A program made the position numbers and the translations under genes. Shown piece after piece: positions 9,456 through 17,735 of a stretch of DNA of 42,210 nucleotides (its first letter is position 1; each line of letters starts with the position of its first letter). The notes beneath the pieces were generated by a model. The model was not told where the DNA came from, ran no database searches, and saw only the letters and a program-made list of their open reading frames with translations. Origin of the DNA: Rhodoluna sp. (GTDB lineage Bacteria > Actinomycetota > Actinomycetes > Actinomycetales > Microbacteriaceae); NCBI GenBank assembly GCA_044345975.1, contig JBIJAB010000001.1:1-42210 (forward strand), in the 5' to 3' direction.

Positions 9456-9628
9456 GGAATCAACCCAAGTAGTTGCATTTGCCACATAAGTGAACTCATC
9501 TGATGTTGGAGCTTTTGCATCTCCAGGCGACAGGAATCTGCTGCGGGCCCTCGCCAGAGGGTTTGGCTAGGTTGTGCTCGTTGGAGCAGAGCGATGGTTA
9601 CGGCTAAGTGATTATTGAAAATGTTCAT
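9452..9628 (-). CDS. Small WxG-motif (WXG100-like) protein, 58 aa, not in the ORF track
   Basis: MNIFNNHLAVTIALLQRAQPSQTLWRGPAADSCRLEMQKLQHQMSSLMWQMQLLGLIP; -10-like GAGATT 6 nt upstream; stop overlaps the next ATG. Confidence 0.7.
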   Translation of the reverse strand: MNIFNNHLAVTIALLQRAQPSQTLWRGPAADSCRLEMQKLQHQMSSLMWQMQLLGLIP

Positions 9629-9707
9629 GAGGGAAATCTCTAATATTTCTGGACACAGACCACAGGAATAAGGGAGTTCTGTGCATAAAGCAGGGCAATA
9701 TAGAAGT

Positions 9708-11105
9708 GTGAGTAATCTTTCGAATCAACCCTTAAGCCCACTGGATGGCAGATACCAACCTGTGGTCGCAGCTTTAGGTGAGCACCTGAGCGAAGCGGGG
9801 CTAAACAGAGCTCGCATCCTGGTTGAAGTTGAGTGGCTTATCTTCTTAGCAAACAGAAATCTCCTTGGCACTAACGGTCCAATAGACGGAGTTCTGAAAG
9901 AGAAGCTAAAGAGTCTGGTCACAGATTTCAGTGATTCTGATGTCGCGGAGTTAGCGCAGACAGAAGCCAAGACCCGTCACGATGTTAAAGCCATTGAGTA
10001 CTTTGTCCGCGATCGCCTAACCAAATTTGGCAGAGAAGATCTTCTTGAACTTACTCACTTTGCCTGCACAAGTGAAGACATAAACAATCTTTCGTACGCG
10101 ATCACTATTCATGATGCAGTTACTGATGTTTGGTTACCAAAAGCCAAGACACTAATTGAGTCGCTTTCTGCAATGGCTGTTAAGTATCAAGACTCTGCAA
10201 TGCTTGCAAGAACGCACGGTCAACCAGCAACTCCTACAACAATGGGTAAAGAGCTAGCCGTATTTGTACACAGGCTTCAAAGACAAATAAATAGAGTTGA
10301 AAATGCTGAATACTTAGGTAAGTTCTCAGGAGCAACCGGTACTTGGTCTGCTCATGTTGTTGCTGCTCCTGAAGTTGACTGGTTGAGAGAATCAAAAGCC
10401 TTTGTTGAATCTTTAGGGTTGAAGTTCAATCCCCTAACGACTCAGATTGAATCTCACGATTGGCAAGCGGAGCTTTACTCAGCTATCACTTTGTTCAACA
10501 GGATTCTGCACAATCTGTGCACAGACATGTGGACATACATTTCGATGAACTACTTCAAGCAAACTCCAGTTGCTGGAGCAACAGGTTCCTCAACTATGCC
10601 TCACAAAGTGAACCCAATTCGTTTTGAGAACGCTGAAGCAAATCTCGAACTATCGAATGCGATTCTTGACTCACTATCAAGCACTCTTGTTACCTCAAGG
10701 ATGCAGCGTGACCTAACAGACTCAAGTGCTCAGAGAAACATTGGGCTGGGGCTAGGTCATTCTCTTCTAGCAATAGACAACGCAACTCGCGGCCTATCTG
10801 AAGTTGAACTATCAAGTGCTGTCCTGGATGCTGACTTGGCGGAGAACTGGGAAGTATTAGCTGAAGCTATTCAAACCGTTATTCGTGCCGAAGTTGCTGC
10901 TGGAAGAAGTGACATCTCAGACCCTTACCAACTTCTCAAAGATTTAACTCGTGGCAGAAGAATTGGAAGTGAAGATCTTTCGATGTTTGTTCAGGATTTA
11001 AACATCGGTCAAGATGCAAAAGATCGTTTATTGATGTTGAAGCCAAGCACCTATACAGGTCTTGCATCACAACTTGTTTTGATTATTTCTAACAACAGCA
11101 AATAA
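9708..11105 (+). CDS. purB: Adenylosuccinate lyase
   Basis: LSPLDGRY, RTHGQPA, GSSTMPHKVNPIRFENAE; likely start GTG 9708. Confidence 0.97.
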   Translation: MSNLSNQPLSPLDGRYQPVVAALGEHLSEAGLNRARILVEVEWLIFLANRNLLGTNGPIDGVLKEKLKSLVTDFSDSDVAELAQTEAKTRHDVKAIEYFVRDRLTKFGREDLLELTHFACTSEDINNLSYAITIHDAVTDVWLPKAKTLIESLSAMAVKYQDSAMLARTHGQPATPTTMGKELAVFVHRLQRQINRVENAEYLGKFSGATGTWSAHVVAAPEVDWLRESKAFVESLGLKFNPLTTQIESHDWQAELYSAITLFNRILHNLCTDMWTYISMNYFKQTPVAGATGSSTMPHKVNPIRFENAEANLELSNAILDSLSSTLVTSRMQRDLTDSSAQRNIGLGLGHSLLAIDNATRGLSEVELSSAVLDADLAENWEVLAEAIQTVIRAEVAAGRSDISDPYQLLKDLTRGRRIGSEDLSMFVQDLNIGQDAKDRLLMLKPSTYTGLASQLVLIISNNSK

Positions 11106-11108
11106 CTA

Positions 11109-11333
11109 TTATTTGAGCCTAGGTTGTCCTGGCTCAGTGTCATCATCCTTGGCTACTAAGTTCAAAACAAACAAACCGCCCATGACTACTACAAAAGTAA
11201 TGGCACCAGCAATAGCAACTCTGGCAAGATCATCGAAAGCTCCTGCTGCTATCGCCACAACAAATGCAGTTGCAACTGCTGAGAACAAAGCCATCGACTT
11301 TAGTGAAGTTGGGGAACTCTTCTTCTTAGCCAT
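11109..11333 (-). CDS. Small 2-TM membrane protein
   Basis: MAKKKSS start, two hydrophobic helices, acidic tail; overlaps the stop of the upstream gene. Confidence 0.7.
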   Translation of the reverse strand: MAKKKSSPTSLKSMALFSAVATAFVVAIAAGAFDDLARVAIAGAITFVVVMGGLFVLNLVAKDDDTEPGQPRLK

Positions 11334-11835
11334 TGCGTGTCTTCTTTCCATTAGTTGGCGATGCGGCCCACACTGCTCGTTGAGTAGCTGAGATTGCTAG
11401 GTAAGCACTTAGGAATCCAACAGCATTGCCAACATCAAGTGGTGCTAATAAAAATACTAACCCTGTCAGCAATCCAAGGCCGGATGCGATTCGTAGTTCC
11501 AGAACATCGTCAGGTTTCGCTTTGCGAGACAACACAAATTCATAAACAGCCATACCTATTGCAAACACAAATACGAGGGCTCTGAAACTAAAAAGTTTGT
11601 CGCTTTCAACTAGAAGAAAGACCAAAGCCAACGCAGCGACCACAAAGGCAAGAGTTGTTGGAACGAAATACTCCCTTGCTGAAGATCTGTTTGTTGCAAC
11701 ACCTGCAATGGCTAGAGTTGCGGTCACAAACAGAAGAACCGACATTCCAACTTCAACGGAGTGGTCTTGGTAGAAAATCAGAAATGCTGCACCTGTTGCA
11801 AAAATTGCTGCACGTACTGAATTCGCTAAACGCAT
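11326..11835 (-). CDS. HdeD/DUF308-like membrane protein
   Basis: About six short TM helices; starts 2 nt after the dnaB stop. Confidence 0.65.
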   Translation of the reverse strand: MRLANSVRAAIFATGAAFLIFYQDHSVEVGMSVLLFVTATLAIAGVATNRSSAREYFVPTTLAFVVAALALVFLLVESDKLFSFRALVFVFAIGMAVYEFVLSRKAKPDDVLELRIASGLGLLTGLVFLLAPLDVGNAVGFLSAYLAISATQRAVWAASPTNGKKTRNG

Positions 11836-11837
11836 CG

Positions 11838-13190
11838 CTATTCCTTTGGATTCACGAAGCGTGAGTATTGTCCCTGGAATAGAACTGTTGATTTTCCAGT
11901 AGGTCCATTTCTTTGCTTAGCAATGATAAGTTCAGCTTCACCAATGCGGTTTGTTTCTGCACCTTCAGTTTGATCGCGGTGAATAAGAAGTACTACGTCC
12001 GCGTCCTGCTCAAGTGATCCTGATTCACGAAGTTGAGATAGCTCTGGTCTCTTATTTGTTCCGTCTTCGGACTTTCTGTTCAACTGTGAAAGAGCGATTA
12101 CAGGAACCTTAAGTTCTTTGGCAAGAAGCTTGAGTGATCTTGAAAATTCAGAAACTTCTTGCTGACGGTTCTCTACTTTTTTACCTGAGCTCATCAACTG
12201 CAGATAGTCGATGATTACAAGCTTGAGATCAAACTCCGTCATCATTCGACGACACTTAGCTCTTATCTCCACGATGTTTAGATTCGGGCTGTCATCAAAT
12301 ACAAGAGGAGCGGCTCCGATGTTGCTTCTACGTTCAGCCATGATGGCCCACTCGTTGTCGCTGATGTTTCCTTTACGCATGCTCTGCAGAAGAATTCCGG
12401 TTTCAGCTGACATCACTCGCATAGCGATTTCAGTCGTGCTCATTTCTAGTGAAAAGACGGCAGTTGCAAGCTTGTTCTCAATGGCAGCTGAACGAGCTAT
12501 GTCTAACGCAAGTGTTGACTTACCCAAACCAGGTCTGGCTGCAATGATCACAAGCTGACCTGGGTGTAAACCATTTGTGTCTTTATCTAGTTCTGTGAAA
12601 CCAGTTGGAACGCCTGAGAAGCCTTTGTTCTTTTGAATGAACTCGATTTCATTGGCAGCACCTTCTAAAGCGGAACTCAGTCGAGTCCAATCTGCCCCTG
12701 TTGATTCATCTGCAACTGTATAGATTTCACTTTGGGCTTTGTTGACTAGATCTTCAATTTCACCTTCTGCATCGTATCCACGTTGAGCGATTCGGGTTCC
12801 AGCTTCGATGAGGCGTCTAAGGATTGCTTTTTCGCGAACAATCTTTGCGTAGAAATTTGCACTCGCTGCTGTTGGAACGATTGCTGTGAGTTCGTGAAGA
12901 TACTCAGCTCCACCAACTGTCGCTAGCTTTCCCATCTTTGTTAGCTCAGCACTAACCGTAATGACGTCAGTTGGTTCAGCATGGTTGGCGAGGTTGATAA
13001 TCGCTGAATAAATAATTTCGTGTTTAGGTGCATAAAAGTCACGAGCATGGATTTTGCCCTCAGACAAAATGGAGTGGACAACGTCCAGAGATAGGAGCAT
13101 GCCTCCAAGAGCGCTCTGCTCGGCATTCAGGTCGTGAGGAAGTAAGCGATCTTCGCTTCGGAAACTCTTGCCAACTGGTGCAATAGACAT
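11838..13190 (-). CDS. dnaB: Replicative DNA helicase
   Basis: AARPGLGKS, IIDYLQLM, LSQLNR, LRESGSLEQDAD, KQRNGPTG; no intein. Confidence 0.98.
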   Translation of the reverse strand: MSIAPVGKSFRSEDRLLPHDLNAEQSALGGMLLSLDVVHSILSEGKIHARDFYAPKHEIIYSAIINLANHAEPTDVITVSAELTKMGKLATVGGAEYLHELTAIVPTAASANFYAKIVREKAILRRLIEAGTRIAQRGYDAEGEIEDLVNKAQSEIYTVADESTGADWTRLSSALEGAANEIEFIQKNKGFSGVPTGFTELDKDTNGLHPGQLVIIAARPGLGKSTLALDIARSAAIENKLATAVFSLEMSTTEIAMRVMSAETGILLQSMRKGNISDNEWAIMAERRSNIGAAPLVFDDSPNLNIVEIRAKCRRMMTEFDLKLVIIDYLQLMSSGKKVENRQQEVSEFSRSLKLLAKELKVPVIALSQLNRKSEDGTNKRPELSQLRESGSLEQDADVVLLIHRDQTEGAETNRIGEAELIIAKQRNGPTGKSTVLFQGQYSRFVNPKE

Positions 13191-13271
13191 CTAAATCTTT
13201 CTTGAGTAGTACTAAAACTATAGAAACTTATTAGTAGCATGCCCGCCTGACATGCCCAAAACAAGTTGACC

Positions 13272-13495
13272 TGTGGCTAAGCTTGTGGATAAATAGGGCA
13301 ACACGCCGAACTAACTGTGGACAAAATGTGTATAACTCTGTGTAAAAACTGTGGATAACTGCCTAGGCACCAGTAAAAACAAGGGGTTTATGGTGGAAAG
13401 CAAATCCATTCCTTAAGTCTAAACCTGTGCATGAAGGTTGTAGATAAACCCTGATTTAGTTGCTTTTAGGGCAAGTTATCCACAAGTTATCCACA
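13272..13495. promoter_or_regulatory. DnaA-box cluster upstream of dnaB
   Basis: Perfect TTATNCACA boxes at 13284, 13327, 13350, 13476, 13487; near matches at 13272, 13316, 13339, 13426, 13439. Confidence 0.85.
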
Positions 13496-13518
13496 GATAT
13501 CGGCTTGTCGCTTAAAGG

Positions 13519-13548
13519 CTAAAGGCAGGCCCGAAAGCCTGCCTTTAG
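13519..13548 (-). terminator. Terminator hairpin after rplI
   Basis: CTAAAGGCAGGC-ccgaaa-GCCTGCCTTTAG, perfect 12-bp stem. Confidence 0.75.
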
Positions 13549-13559
13549 TTTGAAAAGAC

Positions 13560-14012
13560 TTACTTCTTTGCTACAACTTCTAGCTTTAGGGTTGCAGTCA
13601 TGTCTGAGTGCAGTTTTACAGTTGCCTCAAATGAACCAGTGGTTCTGATTGGTGAGAAGAAAGCGACTTTACGCTTGTCGATCTCGCCCAATCCAGCTGC
13701 TGCAACTGCTGCTGCAACGTCACCGGTCTTTACTGCACCGAACAAACGACCACCAACACCGGCCTTTACAGCCAATCTGATAGTTGCTGCCTGGAGAGCG
13801 TCCTTGAATGCCTGAGCTTCTTCAACAGTTGCTAGAGCACGAGCCTCACGGCCAGCCTTGATCTGAGCGACCTGCTTCTCGCCACCCTTGCTCCACATAA
13901 CTGCGAAACCACGAGGTAGTAGGTAGTTGCGAGCGTAGCCGTTCTTAACCTCTACAACGTCTCCGGCTGAGCCTAGACCTGACACTTCATTAGTCAAAAT
14001 AATTTTAGACAT
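13560..14012 (-). CDS. rplI: 50S ribosomal protein L9
   Basis: [28 protein letters not shown]. Confidence 0.98.
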   Translation of the reverse strand: MSKIILTNEVSGLGSAGDVVEVKNGYARNYLLPRGFAVMWSKGGEKQVAQIKAGREARALATVEEAQAFKDALQAATIRLAVKAGVGGRLFGAVKTGDVAAAVAAAGLGEIDKRKVAFFSPIRTTGSFEATVKLHSDMTATLKLEVVAKK

Positions 14013-14023
14013 TTCGATTCCTC

Positions 14024-14287
14024 CTAGCGGCCTGCGCCTGCGTAAGGCATAAGTGCTACCTCACGTGCGTTCTTAACGGCTTTAGCGATTAGACGCTGTT
14101 CCTGAACTGAAACACCGGTGATGCGACGTGAACGGATCTTGCCGCGGTCTGATACGAACTTACGCAGGGTTGCGATGTCCTTGTAGTCGATAACTCCGAC
14201 CTTGATTGGCTTTGGTGGTGCAAGCTTTAGGTTCTTTGCGTTGCGACTGCCCTTTTTGACGCGGTCGCTGTTTACTTTTGCTGCCAT
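14024..14287 (-). CDS. rpsR: 30S ribosomal protein S18, cysteine-free form
   Basis: [26 protein letters not shown]...AVKNARE. Confidence 0.97.
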   Translation of the reverse strand: MAAKVNSDRVKKGSRNAKNLKLAPPKPIKVGVIDYKDIATLRKFVSDRGKIRSRRITGVSVQEQRLIAKAVKNAREVALMPYAGAGR

Positions 14288-14306
14288 TAGTTTCTCCTAT
14301 GAATTC

Positions 14307-14828
14307 TTAGAATGGGGTGCTGTCACCAGCGGCAAAGCCACCGTCTGAAACACCTGGGTTGGACCATGCATCTGCGGCTGAAGCTGCAACAGCCGGTGCT
14401 GCTGCGCTTGCCTGAGGTGAGTTGTTCCATGGATTTGAGTCGATTGGAGCCTGACCATCGCGAGAGCGTCTTGTTACAGTCGCTGTTGCGTACCTAAGTG
14501 ATGGTCCAACTTCATCGATGTCAAGTTCGATTGAGGCACGAGCTTCACCGCTTGCTGCTTGGTAAGCAGTAGCTGGCTTTAGTCTGCCTGTGATGATCAA
14601 GCGAGTTCCCTTGGTTAGTGACTGGCCAATGTTCTCGGCTAGTTCACGCCATGCGGTGCACTTGACCCAAACGGTGTCGCCATCTACCCAGGTGTTGGTG
14701 TCTCTGTTGTATGTACGAGGAGTTGAAGCCACGTTTAGGTTTACAACAGCGATACCGCCTGCTACATGACGAATCTCTGGATCGTTGGCTAGGTTGCCAA
14801 CAACAGTGATAGTTAGTTCACCGGCCAT
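14307..14828 (-). CDS. ssb: Single-stranded DNA-binding protein
   Basis: OB fold (ITVVGNLANDPE), acidic tail ending DSTPF. Confidence 0.97.
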   Translation of the reverse strand: MAGELTITVVGNLANDPEIRHVAGGIAVVNLNVASTPRTYNRDTNTWVDGDTVWVKCTAWRELAENIGQSLTKGTRLIITGRLKPATAYQAASGEARASIELDIDEVGPSLRYATATVTRRSRDGQAPIDSNPWNNSPQASAAAPAVAASAADAWSNPGVSDGGFAAGDSTPF

Positions 14829-14833
14829 GAGGG

Positions 14834-15220
14834 TTACTCAGCTGACTTTGCAGCAGGAGCCTTCTTGGCACGAGCTGGCTTATCTTCGCTAGCTTTTACC
14901 TCAGGGACTACTACTGGGTTGATTCTGAATACAGCATCTTCTGCACGCAAAACCTTGGTGCGAACAACTGCTTCTGACAACGTTAGTTGACGGTCCAACT
15001 CAAGAACTTCAGCAGGGTTACAGGTCAGATATAGAACTGCGTAGATACCTTCGGTTTTCTTGTTGATTTCGTATGCGAAACGACGACGGCCCCAAATGTC
15101 AACGCTGTCAACGGTGCCTCCACCGTTGCGAATTACGTTGAGGAATTTGTCAAGGCTTGTACCGACGGTACGCTCTTCGATGTCTGAGTCTAGAATGACC
15201 ATGACTTCGTATTTATGCAT
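14834..15220 (-). CDS. rpsF: 30S ribosomal protein S6
   Basis: [28 protein letters not shown]. Confidence 0.98.
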   Translation of the reverse strand: MHKYEVMVILDSDIEERTVGTSLDKFLNVIRNGGGTVDSVDIWGRRRFAYEINKKTEGIYAVLYLTCNPAEVLELDRQLTLSEAVVRTKVLRAEDAVFRINPVVVPEVKASEDKPARAKKAPAAKSAE

Positions 15221-15275
15221 GACTAACCCACCTCCTTTGGACTAGAACGGCCACGGCGTTTCCGTGACAGGAGGG
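15221..15275 (-). ncRNA. S6:S18-binding ribosomal leader (cis-regulatory RNA)
   Basis: Minus strand CCCTCC-TGTCACGG aaacg CCGTGGC-CG...AAAGGAGG: inner hairpin, CCG, and a CCTCC arm that can pair with the RBS, as in S6:S18 leaders. Confidence 0.65.
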
Positions 15276-15334
15276 TAAATGCAATTGCTACCCAACAGAT
15301 AAGCACAGGGTCTTATCAGGGCAACTTCACTACT

Positions 15335-16753
15335 CTACCTTGATTGCCACCATGCAAGCAAGCGAATCTTTGCTTCTTCATATTCAAGTGGTCCCTCATC
15401 AAGACGAAGATCGAGCATGTACTTATAAGCGGCTCCAACTTCAGGGCTTGGCTTCAAATCCAGTATTTCCATGATCTGTTCGCCAGATAGGTCGGGTCTG
15501 ATTGCCTTCAGCTGTTCTTGCTCAGAAAGGACAATTATCCTCTGCTCTAGATCGTCATAGGCATGGGAGAGTCGGTCTGCCTTTTTCTGGTTTCTAGTAG
15601 TCACATCTGCTCTAGTTAGAACGTGTAGGCGAGTTAGTTGATCGTCGGCATCTCGGACATAGCGTCTGATGGCCGAATCTCCCCAAGCCTGGTCGCTATA
15701 GCCAAAGAACCTAAGGTGCAGTTCAATAAGGCGTGCTACCCCTTTGATGGTGTCATTGTCATATCTCAAGGCCCTAAGTCTCTTGGTCGCTAGTTTTGCT
15801 CCAACAACATCGTGGTGGTGGAAGGTAACTCCACCTCCAGTTTCAAGCTTTCTGGTTAGTGGCTTACCAATGTCGTGCATTAGGGCAGCAAGTCGAAGAA
15901 CCAGATCCTTCTCCAACCCATACTCAGCTTCATAGCCAATGGCCTGCTCTAAGACAGTAAGGGTGTGTTCATAAACATCTTTGTGGTGGTGATGTTCATC
16001 TATTTCTAGTTTGAGAGAAGGTAGTTCAGGGAAGACGATATCGGCTATTCCTGAATCGACTAGAACTTCAAGGCCCTCTCTTGGATTAGCTCCAAGGATT
16101 AGCTTTGAGATTTCGACCTGGATTCTTTCGGCTGAGACTATTTCAATGCGATCAGCCATAGCCTTCATGGCTCTGAAAGTATCTTCGTGAACCATAAATC
16201 CGAGCTGGGAGGCGAACCTTGCTGCTCTCATGATTCGAAGCGGGTCATCAGAGAAACTATCCTCTGGTTTGCCTGGGGTTCTAATTACTCCATCAATAAG
16301 GTCAGTTAGTCCATTGAATGGGTCGACGAATACGCCTTCGGGTAATCTCAGAGCCATTGAATTAACGGTGAAGTCTCTTCTGAAGAGGTCATCCTCAAGG
16401 TTGTTACCGAAAGCCACCACTGGCTTTCTTGATTCTGAGTCATATGAATCAGCGCGATAGGTGGTTATTTCAACAGTGTCATCGCCAATTCGAGCACCGA
16501 TGGTGCCGAACTCGCGGCCGACATCCCATTGAGCATCAACATGGTCTTTTAGGACTTCAAGTATTTGATCTGGGTTTGCTGAGGTAGTGAAATCCAGGTC
16601 ATTGGTGACCCTGCCTAGGAAAGCATCTCTAACCGGTCCCCCGACCAATGCAAGCTCAAAACCAGCCTCGCTGAAGAGTTTGCCGAGTTTGCTAAGCAGC
16701 GGAGTCTCAGATATCCGCTGTAGATTTGCTAACGCCTCGGCAACAGTTCGCAT
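15335..16753 (-). CDS. cca: CCA tRNA nucleotidyltransferase (HD-domain type)
   Basis: LVGGPVRD, DLDFTT, RRDFTVN, DDPLRIMR, HHHKDV...HDIGK; ATG 16753 is 7 nt after -10 CATACT. Confidence 0.95.
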   Translation of the reverse strand: MRTVAEALANLQRISETPLLSKLGKLFSEAGFELALVGGPVRDAFLGRVTNDLDFTTSANPDQILEVLKDHVDAQWDVGREFGTIGARIGDDTVEITTYRADSYDSESRKPVVAFGNNLEDDLFRRDFTVNSMALRLPEGVFVDPFNGLTDLIDGVIRTPGKPEDSFSDDPLRIMRAARFASQLGFMVHEDTFRAMKAMADRIEIVSAERIQVEISKLILGANPREGLEVLVDSGIADIVFPELPSLKLEIDEHHHHKDVYEHTLTVLEQAIGYEAEYGLEKDLVLRLAALMHDIGKPLTRKLETGGGVTFHHHDVVGAKLATKRLRALRYDNDTIKGVARLIELHLRFFGYSDQAWGDSAIRRYVRDADDQLTRLHVLTRADVTTRNQKKADRLSHAYDDLEQRIIVLSEQEQLKAIRPDLSGEQIMEILDLKPSPEVGAAYKYMLDLRLDEGPLEYEEAKIRLLAWWQSR

Positions 16754-16797
16754 GGATTTAAGTATGCCCAACAAATGGCTCGCATTAGGCTAAAGCA

Positions 16798-17250
16798 ATG
16801 AACTCTCGACAAAAACCTCGTGTCGAGGAGACTTCAGCCGGGGGATTTGTTCTAGCTGCTGATGGGTCTCCCCGGATCGCAGTCATTGGGCGACGCAACC
16901 GTGGCGGTCGTATTGACTGGTGTGTTCCTAAGGGGCACCTCGAAGGTGAAGAAACTATTGAGGAAGCTGCACTTAGGGAGATAGCGGAAGAAACTGGTTT
17001 AGAGGCAGTAATCATTGAATCTTTGGGGTCGATTCACTACGAGTTCTCAACCCCAACTTCAATCATCAGTAAAACTGTTCACCACTTCCTCATGAAGCAA
17101 ACCGGTGGAGAACTCACTATTGAAAATGATCCGGATCAAGAAGCCGTTGATATTAGATGGGTCAACGTTGATCTTCTTAATGCCGAACTAGCTCACGAAA
17201 ACGAAAGACGACTAGCTCTCATTGTCCAGGAGTGGGTTTCAAATCAATGA
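16798..17250 (+). CDS. NUDIX hydrolase
   Basis: Nudix box GHLEGEETIEEAALREIAEETG; usual position between cca and murJ. Confidence 0.93.
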   Translation: MNSRQKPRVEETSAGGFVLAADGSPRIAVIGRRNRGGRIDWCVPKGHLEGEETIEEAALREIAEETGLEAVIIESLGSIHYEFSTPTSIISKTVHHFLMKQTGGELTIENDPDQEAVDIRWVNVDLLNAELAHENERRLALIVQEWVSNQ

Positions 17251-17735
17251 GTAAGTTCGTCAAAGCTCTAGTTGTATTAGTTTTACTTGCTCTAGCAACA
17301 CCTGTTCAAGCAGCTCTTCCCCCTGCTCAGGTATTTGTTGTGACCGGCTCAAACATCAACATAGTTTCACGTGAGAGCAAGGTCCCTGTCTCTGTTCAAA
17401 ACAACTATGACCGCCAAGTAAAAATTCGTGTTCACGCCAGTTCTCCAGACCCAGCAGTTACTGTTCAGAAATTCGTTTCTTTGACTATTCCTGCAAACTC
17501 AAGAAAAGACGCTCTTATTCCAGTCAGCATTCTCTCCGGTGGGGAATACAAGCTGAATGTATGGGTAACCACTTTTAATGACATTAGGGTTGGCGAAAAT
17601 GTTTCGTTGAACCTAACAGTCAATCCAGACATAGAAGTATTCATCATTATTGTTTTTGGTTCCCTTATTGCGGTGCTTCTAGTACTGGGCGTTATTCGTA
17701 TGAAGCGAAGAGATAACACAGGAGAGCAAGCATGA
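17247..17735 (+). CDS. Secreted, membrane-anchored protein resembling only the C-terminal part of DUF6049 proteins
   Basis: Signal peptide (VQA-A), beta-rich domain, C-terminal TM plus RMKRR; ATGA overlaps on both sides; syntenic slot between NUDIX and murJ. Confidence 0.7.
   Translation: MSKFVKALVVLVLLALATPVQAALPPAQVFVVTGSNINIVSRESKVPVSVQNNYDRQVKIRVHASSPDPAVTVQKFVSLTIPANSRKDALIPVSILSGGEYKLNVWVTTFNDIRVGENVSLNLTVNPDIEVFIIIVFGSLIAVLLVLGVIRMKRRDNTGEQA

Noticed and set aside
11838-13190. Intein in dnaB (also checked gyrA and gyrB)
   Set aside because: Lengths are normal and motifs are contiguous
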